Part shown: in pieces, positions 10,331-21,429 of the stretch
Position numbering within the stretch: position 1 is the stretch's first letter
Layout of the letters: every line of letters begins with the position of its first letter
Source of the DNA: an uncultured delta proteobacterium
GTDB taxonomy: Bacteria > Desulfobacterota > Desulfomonilia > Desulfomonilales > Desulfomonilaceae
Length of the DNA stretch: 64,000 bases
NCBI GenBank assembly: GCA_963789265.1
Contig: CAWBKB010000006.1
Span: 160,001-224,000, forward strand
Reading direction: 5' to 3'
Notes under the pieces: model-generated
What the model saw: the letters and a program-made list of their open reading frames with translations, nothing else
Told to the model about the DNA's origin: nothing
The model's database searches: none
Made by a program: the position numbers and the translations under genes

Positions 10331-10578
10331 CGGTTGCATTCCCCTTTTCTTTGAGGATTGATGGCCATGACCATTCTACCATAGAAAGCCAAAGAGACCT
10401 CGCTATTCTCGCCCGCAACTCTGGAGTCCGGCACTGGCCAAGAAAAAGGGGGTCAAAAAGGGGTCAAGTCTACTCTTAGCTCATGTCGGAGAATCGCTGG
10501 GCTGGTCGGCGGCGTGAAATGAGCGAAGAGCGGGCCTGACTCCAACCTCCAGTATTTTCTGCCAATGTGGGATCTGAG

Positions 10579-10635
10579 GACACCTTACTTAATTGGTGGA
10601 TCGTAGCTCGAATTACGTACGGTGTCCCCGGAATT
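10579..10635. repeat. 57-bp imperfect palindrome, direct repeat of 11564-11620
   Basis: gacaccttacttaatt...aattacgtacggtgtccccggaatt; 49/57 identical to the second copy. Confidence 0.85.
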
Positions 10636-10721
10636 TTCCCGGAATTGGGATTGAAACTTTCTTCTTGACTTAGGCTCATTGTGCTTATAAACATACCAGT
10701 ATGCTACTAGGGAGGTGCGCC

Positions 10722-11360
10722 ATGGTCGCGGGATTCGGAGCTAAGGTGGTCAAAGATATAACCGGCGTGTCCCGGATGCAGCTCCAGCACTGGGACAGGA
10801 CGGGCATCGTTCGGCCCTCTATCAAAATTGGAGCCGGAAAAGGATCGAGGAGACAATACTCGTTCAAGGACTTGGTTCAGCTCAAGGTAGCCAAGCGGCT
10901 CAGGGAGGAAGGAATCAGCCTCCAGAAGATCAGAAAAGCACTGGAATACCTGAGAAAGAATTTCCCCGACGTGAAAGCTCCTTTGGCGGAACTCCGGTTC
11001 CTTACTAATGGCGTGGACATCTTCGTCTTGACCGAAGACACCAAGGTCATCCTGGATGCCTTGAAGGGACAGTTTGTATTCTCTTTCGCTCTCGGAGAGC
11101 TTATCGACAGGCTCAAAGGGGCAATCAAAGATTTGGAGATCCCCATAGAAGAGAAGGTGTTTGTAGGGAAAAGAGAGTTCACGGCAATTCTGAGGCCCGA
11201 TCTCGAAGATGGAGGATACACCGTAGCCTGTAAGGAGATCCAGGCAGCGATTTCTCAGGGGGAAACTATACAGGAAGCCCTGGACAATATCAGAGATGCC
11301 ATCGAGCTTTGTCTTGAGGCTGAGGCGGAAATGAGGGGTGACAGAGCCCAGGCAGGATGA
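10722..11360 (+). CDS. MerR-type HTH fused to C-terminal HicB-like antitoxin domain
   Basis: GVSRMQLQHWDRTGIVRP...RQYSFKDLVQL (MerR); EDGGYTV...ISQGETIQEALDNIRDAIEL (HicB); GGAGG SD. Confidence 0.85.
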   Translation: MVAGFGAKVVKDITGVSRMQLQHWDRTGIVRPSIKIGAGKGSRRQYSFKDLVQLKVAKRLREEGISLQKIRKALEYLRKNFPDVKAPLAELRFLTNGVDIFVLTEDTKVILDALKGQFVFSFALGELIDRLKGAIKDLEIPIEEKVFVGKREFTAILRPDLEDGGYTVACKEIQAAISQGETIQEALDNIRDAIELCLEAEAEMRGDRAQAG

Positions 11361-11557
11361 ACCTTACCGCCAAACAGATGAAGAAGGTTGCCCTGAAACT
11401 CGGCTACCGGGTGAAAGAAGGAAAGAAGCACCTGCTGGTTTATGGCGAATCAGGGCTGGTGACAACTATCCCCAGGGGGCGAATAAAGGCGGGAACATTG
11501 GCAGCAATACTCAGCCAGATGAGCATCGGCAAAGATGAACTGGCCAACTTACTCTGA
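11357..11557 (+). CDS. HicA-like toxin
   Basis: 66 aa basic protein, GKKH...TTIP...IKAGTLAAIL; ATGA overlap with the upstream gene. Confidence 0.75.
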   Translation: MNLTAKQMKKVALKLGYRVKEGKKHLLVYGESGLVTTIPRGRIKAGTLAAILSQMSIGKDELANLL

Positions 11558-11563
11558 TTTGGC

Positions 11564-11620
11564 GACACTTTACTTAATTCGCGGGTCGCAGCTCGAATTG
11601 CGTGTGGTGTCCCCGGAATT
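11564..11620. repeat. 57-bp imperfect palindrome, direct repeat of 10579-10635
   Basis: gacactttacttaatt...aattgcgtgtggtgtccccggaatt, starting 7 bp after the toxin stop. Confidence 0.85.
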
Positions 11621-11882
11621 CACCGGCCGAGACCTGAGCCGCGGGCGACCTGAAATGCCGAAGCGCTCCTGTGAAAAAAGCTATTGTGTGCCCCGAATAC
11701 GCACAGAGGCCACGGGAAACTTTTTATGTGCTCGGTCGTCTAAACGTGGTATTTAAGATATAGGACTATAATAGTGTGCGTACGACCCATATTGGCCTCG
11801 GGCTCATGAATACTCAAAGTTTTTATGCAAATTAAGACTTTTTGACTCAAAGATTAGAGACCATTGAGACGTTGGGGGACAA

Positions 11883-12809
11883 ATGAACAGAAAGAAATAT
11901 TTCGTTTTTGTCGGCTTGTCATCCCTATGTGCCGTGACTCTCCTCGGAGGTTGCAGCACAATACTCTTGTTCGACCCCAAAGGACCGATCGGCGAGTCGG
12001 AGCGATTCGTCATCATTGCGGCCATCGTGCTCATGATGATCGTTGTTATTCCCGTCTTCATCATGGCTTTCTGGTTTCCCCTAAAGTACAGAGCTTCCAA
12101 TACCGAATCGACTTACATGCCGAAATGGAGTCATTCCGCTAAAATCGATGTCTTCATGTGGGGGGTTCCCGTTGCCATTGTCACGGTTCTTGCGATTCTG
12201 GCCTGGACCACGACTCATTCTCTGGATCCTTATAAGCCTATCCATTCGACCGACGATCCCGTCAACATCGAAGCCGTATCCCTGGATTGGAAATGGCTCT
12301 TTATCTACCCCGATCGAAATATCGCGACCGTCAATCAAATCACTTTTCCCGTCAATGTTCCGGTCAGCTTCAAACTCACCTCGGATACCGTAATGACATC
12401 CTTCTTCATCCCGCAACTGGGCAGCCAAATTTACGCCATGGCAGGCATGCAAACCCGGTTGCACCTTCTGGCTGACAAACCGGGGACTTATGCCGGTCAA
12501 AATCAGCAGATAAGCGGTCGCGGTTACGCTGACATGCATTTCAAGGCGAATGCGGTTTCCATGGAAGAGTTTGAATCGTGGGTGCAAAAGGTCAGACAAT
12601 CTCAGGAAAAGCTTGATCTGGACCGATATGAGAAGCTCGCTAAACCGAGCCTCGGCTATTACCCCGTGACCTATTTCTCTTCAGTCAGGCCCGGTCTGTT
12701 TGAGTATATTCTGCGTAAATTCGATCCGAATTGGGGCAAGAATCCCGGTCGTATGAGCAGAGGACCCGTTTCCACACACGCAAGAACCGACGTTTCAGAG
12801 GAAAATTGA
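11883..12809 (+). CDS. cyoA: Cytochrome bo3 ubiquinol oxidase subunit II
   Basis: Lipobox [31 protein letters not shown]; no CuA cysteines. Confidence 0.95.
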   Translation: MNRKKYFVFVGLSSLCAVTLLGGCSTILLFDPKGPIGESERFVIIAAIVLMMIVVIPVFIMAFWFPLKYRASNTESTYMPKWSHSAKIDVFMWGVPVAIVTVLAILAWTTTHSLDPYKPIHSTDDPVNIEAVSLDWKWLFIYPDRNIATVNQITFPVNVPVSFKLTSDTVMTSFFIPQLGSQIYAMAGMQTRLHLLADKPGTYAGQNQQISGRGYADMHFKANAVSMEEFESWVQKVRQSQEKLDLDRYEKLAKPSLGYYPVTYFSSVRPGLFEYILRKFDPNWGKNPGRMSRGPVSTHARTDVSEEN

Positions 12810-12810
12810 T

Positions 12811-14790
12811 ATGTTTGGAAAGTTAAGCCTTTCAGCGATTCCGTTTGACCAACCGGTCACGATAACTTCCGTGGCTGGTGCGGTTCTCCTGGGCCTGGTG
12901 ATCCTGGGCTTGATCACTTATTACAGAAAGTGGACCTACCTTTATAAAGAATGGCTTACCAGCCTGGACCACAAGAATATTGGCATCATGTACATTATCC
13001 TCGCATTGGTCATGCTGCTGCGCGGATTCGCCGATGCCATTCTGATGCGCTCTCAGCAGGCCATTGCCTCGGGCGGCTCTCTTGGCTATCTGACCCCTGA
13101 CCACTTCAATCAGATATTCAGCGCTCACGGCTCGATCATGATCATCTTCATGGCCATGCCGTTTCTGGTCGGGTTGATGAATATCGTTGTGCCGCAGCAA
13201 ATAGGTGCACGCGATGTAGCTTTTCCCTTTATGAATTCGCTCAGTCTCTGGCTAACCGCAGCCGGGGCGTTGCTTGTCATGGTATCTTTGGGTGTAGGTG
13301 AGTTTTCCAAAGCCGGATGGTCGGGATATACCCCGCTGACTGAACTGAGGTACAGCCCCGGCGTAGGGGTGGACTATTGGATATGGTCCTTCCAGATCGC
13401 AGGTATCGGCTCAACCATGACTGGTATTAATTTTCTCGTCACCATCATGACAATGCGAGCTCCCGGAATGAAGCTCATGCGAATGCCGTTGTTTGTTTGG
13501 ACCTCTTTTTTCACCATGGTGCTCGTGGTTTGGGCATTTCCCGTTCTGACGGCCGCTCTCGGCATGATAACACTCGATCGTTACCTGGGCATGCATTTTT
13601 TCACCAACACGCTCGGCGGTAATATGATGATGTATGCCAACCTGTTCTGGACCTGGGGGCACCCCGAGGTTTATATCCTCATCCTGCCGGCTTTCGGGAT
13701 CTTTTCGGAGGTCGTCGCCACATTCTCCGGAAAACGGCTGTTCGGCTATACATCCATGGTCTATGCCACGGCAGTCATCACGGTGCTGTCCTTTTCCGTC
13801 TGGGTGCACCATTTTTTCACCATGGGCGCCAGCGCGAACGTCAACCTCTTTTTCGGGATTGCAACCATGATGATTGCCATCCCCACCGGGGTAAAGACCT
13901 TCAACTGGCTTTTCACCATGTATCGTGGCCGCATAAGGTTTACTACGCCGATGTACTGGACCCTGGGGGCCATCGTGACCTTCGCTATCGGCGGGTCTTC
14001 AGGCGTACTGATGTCTGTACCACCCGCTGATTACGTGCTCCACAACAGCCTGTTTCTGATCGCTCATTTCCACAATACAATTATCCCCGGTGCTGTGTTC
14101 GGCTTTTTTGCAGGTTATTATTACTGGTTCCCAAAGGCCGTTGGCTTTCGTTTGAAGGAAAATTGGGGCAAACGCGCATTCTGGTGTTGGCTGATCGGCT
14201 TTTATCTTGCCTTTATGCCCCTATATGTACTGGGCTTTATGGGCATGCCCCGCCGTATGGCGCATTATGCCACCCCGGCCTGGCATCCCTATCTGCTCGT
14301 AGCCGCATTGGGTGTGGCCGTGATCCTGCTCGGCATCTTCTTTCAGGCAATTCAATTGCTGGTCAGCATTAAGGAGCGCCGTGCCCTGGGCGATCCGACC
14401 GGAGATCCCTGGGACGGCCGCACTTTGGAGTGGATGACGTCTTCTCCTCCCGCGGTCTACAATTTCCCGAAAATACCCGTCGTAGATGATATCGATGCCT
14501 TTGTGGATGTTAAGGAAAAAGGCGACGCATATAAGCGGCCGGATCGATATAACGACATCGAGATGCCGAAAAACGCGCCTCACGGCCTCATCATAGGCGG
14601 ACTGGCCTTCGTGTTCGGATTTGCCATGATCTGGCATATCTGGTGGCTGGCCATACTGGCCGCTCTGGGTATGCTTTTCACGGTCATTGCCCGCTCATGG
14701 GACGACGACATCCATTATGTCATTCCCGCCGCCGAGGTCGAGCGCATCGAAAATGAACGCTATCGACTGTTGGCCGCCGTCGCGAAATAA
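12811..14790 (+). CDS. cyoB: Cytochrome bo3 ubiquinol oxidase subunit I
   Basis: WGHPEVY, VWVHH, AHFH; quinol-site motifs LRGFAD and HFNQ. Confidence 0.97.
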   Translation: MFGKLSLSAIPFDQPVTITSVAGAVLLGLVILGLITYYRKWTYLYKEWLTSLDHKNIGIMYIILALVMLLRGFADAILMRSQQAIASGGSLGYLTPDHFNQIFSAHGSIMIIFMAMPFLVGLMNIVVPQQIGARDVAFPFMNSLSLWLTAAGALLVMVSLGVGEFSKAGWSGYTPLTELRYSPGVGVDYWIWSFQIAGIGSTMTGINFLVTIMTMRAPGMKLMRMPLFVWTSFFTMVLVVWAFPVLTAALGMITLDRYLGMHFFTNTLGGNMMMYANLFWTWGHPEVYILILPAFGIFSEVVATFSGKRLFGYTSMVYATAVITVLSFSVWVHHFFTMGASANVNLFFGIATMMIAIPTGVKTFNWLFTMYRGRIRFTTPMYWTLGAIVTFAIGGSSGVLMSVPPADYVLHNSLFLIAHFHNTIIPGAVFGFFAGYYYWFPKAVGFRLKENWGKRAFWCWLIGFYLAFMPLYVLGFMGMPRRMAHYATPAWHPYLLVAALGVAVILLGIFFQAIQLLVSIKERRALGDPTGDPWDGRTLEWMTSSPPAVYNFPKIPVVDDIDAFVDVKEKGDAYKRPDRYNDIEMPKNAPHGLIIGGLAFVFGFAMIWHIWWLAILAALGMLFTVIARSWDDDIHYVIPAAEVERIENERYRLLAAVAK

Positions 14791-14838
14791 CACCCCGCAG
14801 ACGAACAGACTATTCCAGAACCTGTAGCGGAGATTTAA

Positions 14839-15456
14839 GTGATGACAACTGACGCTTTGACCATCGGTACCGCTTATATCGAAGAGGTTGAACACCACGA
14901 TACCGTCGCGATTCAGACATTCGGTTTCTGGATCTATCTTATGAGCGACCTCATCTTATTTTCGACGCTCTTCGCCACCTTTGCCGTCCTGGGCCGCAAT
15001 TATGCCGGCGGACCGACCGGGAAGGAATTGTTCGAACTGCCTTACGTGTTGGGTGAAACCTTGCTCCTGCTGTTCAGCAGCGTTACCTACGGCCTGGTCA
15101 TGCTGGCCGTTCACAACGGCATGAAGAAGTGGGTTCTGATCGGACTCGCCGTTACCTTTCTGCTGGGGCTTGGATTTGTCTTCATGGAAATCAATGAATT
15201 CCACGGCATGATCGCCGCGGGCCACGGACCGGACGTTAGCGCCTTCCTTTCGAGTTATTTCACCCTGGTCGGGACTCACGGTACTCATGTGACTTTCGGG
15301 CTGATCTGGATGGCGATCATGATAGGTCAGGTGGCCGTCAAAGGGTTGACCTCATCCGTTCAATCACGGCTGATGCGTCTGAGTATGTTCTGGCATTTTC
15401 TGGATATCATCTGGATCGGCATATTCAGTATCGTCTACCTGATGGGAGTTATGTAA
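14839..15456 (+). CDS. cyoC: Cytochrome bo3 oxidase subunit III
   Basis: [25 protein letters not shown]. Confidence 0.95.
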   Translation: MMTTDALTIGTAYIEEVEHHDTVAIQTFGFWIYLMSDLILFSTLFATFAVLGRNYAGGPTGKELFELPYVLGETLLLLFSSVTYGLVMLAVHNGMKKWVLIGLAVTFLLGLGFVFMEINEFHGMIAAGHGPDVSAFLSSYFTLVGTHGTHVTFGLIWMAIMIGQVAVKGLTSSVQSRLMRLSMFWHFLDIIWIGIFSIVYLMGVM

Positions 15457-15783
15457 ATGAGTCAAGCATCTATCGACGGCATCGGCGTAAGCAGGGGAAG
15501 TCTCAAATCATACCTCACCGGGTTCGCTCTTTCCCTCATTCTGACCGCCATTCCGTTTGCTTTGGTTATGAGCGGTACCTTGTCCTCCTCGGCAATCCTG
15601 GCCGGCATATTCAGTGCGGGCATCGTGCAGATTCTGGTGCATTTGCATTACTTCCTGCATCTGGACACTTCATCGGCGGCGCGTTGGAACGTGCTGGCCA
15701 TGATATTCACTTTATTGATTATGGTCCTCTTCGTCGGAGGAACCCTCTGGATCATGTATACCCTGAATTACCGAATGATGTGA
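15457..15783 (+). CDS. cyoD: Cytochrome bo3 oxidase subunit IV
   Basis: [32 protein letters not shown]. Confidence 0.95.
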   Translation: MSQASIDGIGVSRGSLKSYLTGFALSLILTAIPFALVMSGTLSSSAILAGIFSAGIVQILVHLHYFLHLDTSSAARWNVLAMIFTLLIMVLFVGGTLWIMYTLNYRMM

Positions 15784-15785
15784 GA

Positions 15786-16685
15786 ATGCCTGAAACGATC
15801 AAGAACTATTTGCTCGTTGCCAAACCGGGGATCGTCTTCGGCAACCTGATCTCCGCGGCAGCCGGCTTTTTGCTTGCCTCCAAGGGGCGGGTTGATGGCG
15901 CTGCTCTCCCGGCGACTCTCATCGGCATATCCCTGGTTGTCGCCTCCGGTTGCGTTTTTAACAACTGTGTCGATAGAAAAATAGATCGAAAAATGAACCG
16001 GACACGCAACCGCGCCCTTGCCAAGGGGCTCATCTCACTCAATATCGCCGTGGCCTACGCAACGATGTTGGGCATTGCGGGCCTGGCGCTGCTCTGTGCG
16101 GCAACAAACCTGCTGGCTGTTGTAATCGTGCTGGCGGGTCTTGTGATTTATGTGGGCGTTTACAGCCTGTACATGAAGCGCAATTCTGTGTACGGCGCGT
16201 TGATAGGCAGTCTGGCAGGAGCCTCACCGCCCGTTGCGGGATATTGCGCAGTCACCGGTCGCTTCGACATTGGAGCAGTTATATTGTTGTCGATCTTCAG
16301 CCTATGGCAGATGGCTCACTGCTACGCCATCGCTATTTTTCGGTTTGACGATTACACTGCTGCGGCCATCCCGGTTCTGCCGGTCAAGCAGGGAACAACC
16401 GCGGCAAAAAAGCATATTGTCGGATATATCCTGGCCTTTACGGCTGCCACGCTGATGCTGACCTTCGGGGGGTACACAGGTTACCGCACTTTTGCAGTGG
16501 CGACCGTGTTGGGCGTGTCCTGGCTGTATATGGCCTGGTCGGGCTACGAGGCATCCGATAAGCGGCTTTGGGCCAAAAAGCTTTATATCTTCTCCATTCT
16601 GACCATATTCGTTCTGAGCGTCATGATCTCAATCGATTTCACCACGCCTGTCCCGTCAGGAATGCTTCTGACCTATGCTCCGTAG
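15786..16685 (+). CDS. cyoE: Heme o synthase (protoheme IX farnesyltransferase)
   Basis: [25 protein letters not shown]. Confidence 0.95.
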   Translation: MPETIKNYLLVAKPGIVFGNLISAAAGFLLASKGRVDGAALPATLIGISLVVASGCVFNNCVDRKIDRKMNRTRNRALAKGLISLNIAVAYATMLGIAGLALLCAATNLLAVVIVLAGLVIYVGVYSLYMKRNSVYGALIGSLAGASPPVAGYCAVTGRFDIGAVILLSIFSLWQMAHCYAIAIFRFDDYTAAAIPVLPVKQGTTAAKKHIVGYILAFTAATLMLTFGGYTGYRTFAVATVLGVSWLYMAWSGYEASDKRLWAKKLYIFSILTIFVLSVMISIDFTTPVPSGMLLTYAP

Positions 16686-16702
16686 CCAAACCACCCTATT
16701 TA

Positions 16703-16934
16703 TACCGATTCGCTTTCAAACAAGTGACATCGTGTTTTCGGTAGGGGCGGGTTTCAAACCCGCCCCTACATGTCGTCATGCCCGTGTACGCGGGCATCTG
16801 TAGGGGCGAATGGCATTCGCCCTGGGCGACCACCGGTCGCCCCTACAGTCCCCCGATCGAAGTCCGGAGTGATCCCGCGGGATGCCCCACCATATCCTCG
16901 GGGGGATTGTCACTTGTTTGATGGCGCACTGGTA
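16703..16934. mobile_element. MITE-like element family A (TACC...GGTA ends) with GTAG-type REP hairpins inside
   Basis: TIRs taccgattcgctttcaaacaagtgaca / tgtcacttgtttgatggcgcactggta; flanks tta / tca; same shell inverted at 32198-32386. Confidence 0.75.
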
Positions 16935-19145
16935 TCAATCCATCTCATGCTCGCCGCCAGGTTGTCGTGGGACTTCCGGCAACGTCCAGGCTAACACGCG
17001 ACTGGAATTGATGAAAATCACACCTGTGTGCAATACGTGGGAGAGTCCGCTCATCATAGGAGAAAGATACCCCAGCAGACCCAGCACTGCTCCAAAGACG
17101 TCGGTGCCGATCGCAAACCAGTGGTTCTGTTCAATGACATTGAGAGTGTGCTCGCTCAAGCTCCGCAGGTGGATTAAGCGGAACAGGTCGCCATCCACCA
17201 CGGCTATGTCCGCCGCTTCGATCGCGGCCTCGCTGCCACCGGCTCCCACGGCTACTCCGATGCGAGCTTTTGACAAGGCCAGAGCGTCGTTTATACCGTC
17301 GCCGACCATCACTACGTTCCGGCCTGAAGCGGTCAGCTTCTCGACATACTCTGCCTTCTCTTCCGGTAACATGTTGCCCCGGTAGAACTCGAAACCATGA
17401 CTATCAGCAATCGTCTTGACTACCTTACTGTCGTCGCCGCTCACCAGATGTATCTGCGTCACTCCATCAGCTCTAAGCCTCCTGAGAAGCTCATCCAACC
17501 CGGCTTTGACGTCATAAGCCACTCCGATCAAACCTTCCGAAATCCCGTCTTTAGCTACATACACATTCGTATGCCCAAGCTGCTCCAGTCGCGTGGTCGC
17601 GGCGGACAAAGCGCTTACATCGATGCCTTCATCATCCATCAATCTCAGATTTCTCACCGTAACGGAGTGTCCGTCCACTACCGCCATAACCCCGCGGCCG
17701 AGCACAATGTTCGTCCGCCTGGGCTTTCGCGGAACATGACCCTGAGATTTGGCAGTTTTAACGAGCGATTTGGCTATGGGGTGAGGATTGCGCGCCTGTG
17801 CATCCGCGGCTAGCCCAAGAATCTCTCGCGGCTCAGTTTCGGGCTTCATGGGGATGATTTCCACCATCGTAGGAATTTCGCTGGTGACTGTGCCGGTCTT
17901 GTCGAAACACGCGCAATCGATCTCTCGGAACCGTTCCAGATACAGTCCACCCTTCACAAGTACCCCGTTGCGTGCTGCGTTCGCAAGGCCGGCAGTAACT
18001 GCCGTAGATGCGGCCAGGACTGTGGCGCAGGGGCTGGCCATAGCCAATAGCACTGACAGGGTCTTGCTCAGATCGCGGGTGAGCATGGCAGTAAAGCCTG
18101 TGGACACCAAGCCCAGAGTCGTCAATCGGGCAGCCAGCAGGTCCGCACGTTTCTCGGCTTCTGCTCTGTTGGCCAACGATTCTTCCACGCGCATGACGAT
18201 TCGAGCCATGTAGGTGCCTTCTCCCACATCTTGCGCCAGAACTTGAACCATTCCTGTGTGAATCATGGTCCCCGCGTGGACCGAATCGCCCGGTTTTCGA
18301 TACTCCGGCTCAGCGCGCCCGGTGATGTGCGACTCATCGATTAAGGCTTCTCCTTCGACAATGATTCCGTCTACCGGAATCCGTTCGGAGGTATGGATTG
18401 CAACGGTGTCCCCTGGCCGGATGCGCTCAATCGGAGTTTCTACCTCAACCCCATCGACAAGCACGAAGGCCTTGCGCTCCGAGAGGATTAGTGTTTCTCG
18501 GATCTGTCTTCGGGACCTGTCCTGAACGTAATCTTCCAACAACTCGCCCACCTCGCGGATCCACGCTACCTCCAGCGCAGCAGCCGGCTGTCCTGTGGCC
18601 AGTGCAAGCACCGAGCCCGATGACAGGAACAGATGAACACTGATGAAACGCCCTCGTCTTGCATCGTTGAGGGCACGTCGGAACAGTGGCAGGCTACCCA
18701 CAACTGTGGCCAGACTGATCCATTTGGTACTCATGGGCGACTTAAGCAGCAAAGTCCTGAAAAGGTAGTAGGCAATGAATCCGGTCAACGCCAGGACCTT
18801 GAGCAATCCGAAAAAAAGAGAGCCTTGGTCTTCGGAGCGGCTCAAATTACGAGCCCTTGGGGCCGGCTCCCTTTCGGGCATCGCGCTCAAGTCGGAGGGA
18901 TGGTCCATGACTTCGCTCAGAGCTTCCACAATGGCCTCAGCGCGGGTGAGTTCCTCGTCGTACCGAACAATTATGCTGCCGGTGTTGGCCCTCACTTCCG
19001 CTGATTCTATGCCGGCCCGACCTGCCAGAAAACGCTCCAATGTTTGTGCATTCAGCATACCGGTTCGAACCGCGGGCGCTTTGACACGCAATCTGCCGGC
19101 CGTGGAATGACAGATTGTAAACCGGCTCAATGATTCACGACTCAT
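16935..19145 (-). CDS. Heavy-metal P1B-type ATPase with N-terminal HMA-like domain
   Basis: SPC transmembrane motif, DKTGT, HP, GDGIND; actuator motif reads TGRA instead of TGES. Confidence 0.9.
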   Translation of the reverse strand: MSRESLSRFTICHSTAGRLRVKAPAVRTGMLNAQTLERFLAGRAGIESAEVRANTGSIIVRYDEELTRAEAIVEALSEVMDHPSDLSAMPEREPAPRARNLSRSEDQGSLFFGLLKVLALTGFIAYYLFRTLLLKSPMSTKWISLATVVGSLPLFRRALNDARRGRFISVHLFLSSGSVLALATGQPAAALEVAWIREVGELLEDYVQDRSRRQIRETLILSERKAFVLVDGVEVETPIERIRPGDTVAIHTSERIPVDGIIVEGEALIDESHITGRAEPEYRKPGDSVHAGTMIHTGMVQVLAQDVGEGTYMARIVMRVEESLANRAEAEKRADLLAARLTTLGLVSTGFTAMLTRDLSKTLSVLLAMASPCATVLAASTAVTAGLANAARNGVLVKGGLYLERFREIDCACFDKTGTVTSEIPTMVEIIPMKPETEPREILGLAADAQARNPHPIAKSLVKTAKSQGHVPRKPRRTNIVLGRGVMAVVDGHSVTVRNLRLMDDEGIDVSALSAATTRLEQLGHTNVYVAKDGISEGLIGVAYDVKAGLDELLRRLRADGVTQIHLVSGDDSKVVKTIADSHGFEFYRGNMLPEEKAEYVEKLTASGRNVVMVGDGINDALALSKARIGVAVGAGGSEAAIEAADIAVVDGDLFRLIHLRSLSEHTLNVIEQNHWFAIGTDVFGAVLGLLGYLSPMMSGLSHVLHTGVIFINSSRVLAWTLPEVPRQPGGEHEMD

Positions 19146-19519
19146 TGGCTCATCCTCTCAAATAGGAACCTGTTTGAATGCCATGACCGTGCGGACTGCT
19201 TCGGCACGTGGTTCTGTTACGGAATTATCCGGTGCACGCGGCCTGTCGTGGGCTTTAGAGGCCGTCATAGGTCGCCCGATGGTTTCTCGATACCTGATAA
19301 GTCCGCCTCGTCGTGATTCAAAGCTCCCGGGGGGTTCTGACCCCTTTGACTGGAGAGAAACACTTCCCCACACGTCCGACGATACTCTCCAAACATCTGA
19401 TGGTCAAAAATAACCTCGGTCGTTGCTACTCCCCCCCACAAAAGACTTAGCAATACCAAGGCAAGGGAAAGGTTGTCTCCTGAATAACCTAAAGAAATAC
19501 GGATGGAAGAAATTTCTCT

Positions 19520-19566
19520 TTGACCTGGAGATTGGTCGGTGTTATTGTGTATTCACAATGTGAATA
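19520..19566 (+). promoter_or_regulatory. Sigma70-like promoter and palindromic operator upstream of the IclR gene
   Basis: TTGACC-N17-TATTGT, then perfect palindrome tattcaca-a-tgtgaata (19550-19566). Confidence 0.6.
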
Positions 19567-19632
19567 GTCACGTGCCGAACTATACTTCAGCAAGTGGCTG
19601 ATACTCATGTTCGTAGGAGGTAACGGGTAAAA

Positions 19633-20460
19633 TTGAAGACTCAACTACTATTAGGAAGTGAAACCGATGACTGGGAACGCCATGACCTTGGGTCCAAAAG
19701 AGTCCCGGCCGTCCACAAGTGCTTTGCAATTCTGGACTCAATTATCGCGTCCCGGGAGCCTCTCGGCGTAAGCGAGATCTCAAGGCGGCTTGGCCTGAAC
19801 AAAAGCACCGTTTTTAACATCGTCCGTACCCTTGTTGACCTGGAGGTCCTTGAACACAGACCCCACAGTAAATTGGGCATCGGGACGCGCCTCTACGTTT
19901 TGGGTCAAGCCGCCGGCAGCAAGGCGGAACTGGTGCGTACCGTGCATTCCTACTTGAAGACGATCTCTTTCGAGTCGATGCTTTCCTCGTTTCTTGTCAT
20001 ACGGTGGGGCATGTACGCTGTTATTGTCGACAAGGCGCAAGCTGCGACTTACGTGAAAGTATCTTACGAAATAGGAACTCGCCTGCCTCTCCTCGTGGGA
20101 GCCACAGGCAGAGCACTGTTATGTCAGCTTTCCGATGAGGAACTCGAAGATATTGTCCGTGAAAATGAGCCGCTGAGGTTGATTCCTCATGCTCGCAAGG
20201 ATAGGATCTCTCTCAGGGACGCGGTTATGAGGGTACGCGAGGAAGGCTTTGCCGCCGACATGGAGGAACACGTTGACGGTGTTATCACCTTAGCGGTCCC
20301 CATTAACACCCACAGGGCAGATCTTCAGGCAGCTATTTCCGCGGTTGGCTTCAAGTGGCAGTCGAGGGACGGTCGTATGTTTTTAGTCTCCAAGCTGCTG
20401 AAACAGATCGCGGAAGAGCTTGATTGCCGCTTCTCAAGGGTCTGGACGAGGGCTGAATAG
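19633..20460 (+). CDS. IclR-family transcriptional regulator
   Basis: VPAVHKCFAIL, LGVSEISRRLGLNKSTV HTH; GATGRALL; VITLAVPI. Confidence 0.9.
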   Translation: MKTQLLLGSETDDWERHDLGSKRVPAVHKCFAILDSIIASREPLGVSEISRRLGLNKSTVFNIVRTLVDLEVLEHRPHSKLGIGTRLYVLGQAAGSKAELVRTVHSYLKTISFESMLSSFLVIRWGMYAVIVDKAQAATYVKVSYEIGTRLPLLVGATGRALLCQLSDEELEDIVRENEPLRLIPHARKDRISLRDAVMRVREEGFAADMEEHVDGVITLAVPINTHRADLQAAISAVGFKWQSRDGRMFLVSKLLKQIAEELDCRFSRVWTRAE

Positions 20461-20589
20461 AATAGAGTTGACTTGCGTTTGCTCGGATGGCCGTCTGTTC
20501 CGGATATCAAAGGGCACCCGGAACTGCTTCGATTCGCGTCCGCTGAAAATGTCTCGCGAGGATGCGCTACCCGAAAAGGACAGGGTCAT

Positions 20590-21423
20590 TTGATTAGTCT
20601 GAATGTACGCAAACGTCTTATAGGCTCTGAAGGCTCATTTGAATTACGCGTAAAATTCACCGTTCCTGAAGGACGACTCGCGGTACTGTACGGGGTGTCG
20701 GGAGCCGGCAAGACGACGTTGTTGCGGATGTTGGCCGGTCTGGAACAGCCGGATGACGGCTGTATTGAAATAGCCGGGAAGGCATGGTTCGACCGGAAAC
20801 AAAGGGTGTGCGTGCCTCCTCAGAAACGAAGCGTCGGAATGGTCTTCCAGAATTACGCACTCTTTCCTTCGATGACGGTGAGGCGCAATCTCGAGTTTGC
20901 CGCAGGCCGCCGAAAAGATCCCAGAGTTGACGTGCTCTTGGATATGGTCGAACTACGCGAATTGCAGCAGAGGTATCCGGAAGAGCTGTCCGGAGGTCAG
21001 CAGCAGAGGGTAGCTTTGGCAAGGGCTTTGATCAGGCGCCCCAAAATCCTGCTACTTGACGAGCCTCTTTCTGCGTTGGACGAAGCAATGAGGGAGAAGC
21101 TTCAGGAGGAAATACTGCGCCTGCACCGCGAACTGAAGCTCACGACTATTCTCGTTTCGCACGACAGAACTGAAATATTGCGTCTTGCGGACAAAGTGAT
21201 TGCACTTGACCAAGGCAGCGTGGCTTTCGATGGCCCCCCGTCTCTGGCGTTCCATTCGGATCCGAAGAAAAGCTCCGAACCGTTGAAGGCGAAGCTGGTC
21301 GATATGTCCTTTGAGAACGGCTCTCTTGCGATACTCGCGACAACGGACGGAGATTCACAAACAGTAGAAATCCGGGTAGACGCGAGAGATCTCGAACGGC
21401 TCATTGAAAAGAAAAAATCATGA
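20590..21423 (+). CDS. modC: Molybdate ABC transporter ATP-binding protein
   Basis: GVSGAGKT, VPPQKRSVGMVFQ, LSGGQQQR, LLLDEP; next to modAB. Confidence 0.85.
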   Translation: MISLNVRKRLIGSEGSFELRVKFTVPEGRLAVLYGVSGAGKTTLLRMLAGLEQPDDGCIEIAGKAWFDRKQRVCVPPQKRSVGMVFQNYALFPSMTVRRNLEFAAGRRKDPRVDVLLDMVELRELQQRYPEELSGGQQQRVALARALIRRPKILLLDEPLSALDEAMREKLQEEILRLHRELKLTTILVSHDRTEILRLADKVIALDQGSVAFDGPPSLAFHSDPKKSSEPLKAKLVDMSFENGSLAILATTDGDSQTVEIRVDARDLERLIEKKKS

Positions 21424-21429
21424 GTGGGG

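Noticed and set aside
10579..11620. Integron attC or Xer dif/pdif sites around the TA module
   Set aside because: No RYYYAAC/GTTRRRY core sites and no 11-6-11 XerC/XerD consensus; no integron integrase in the window.
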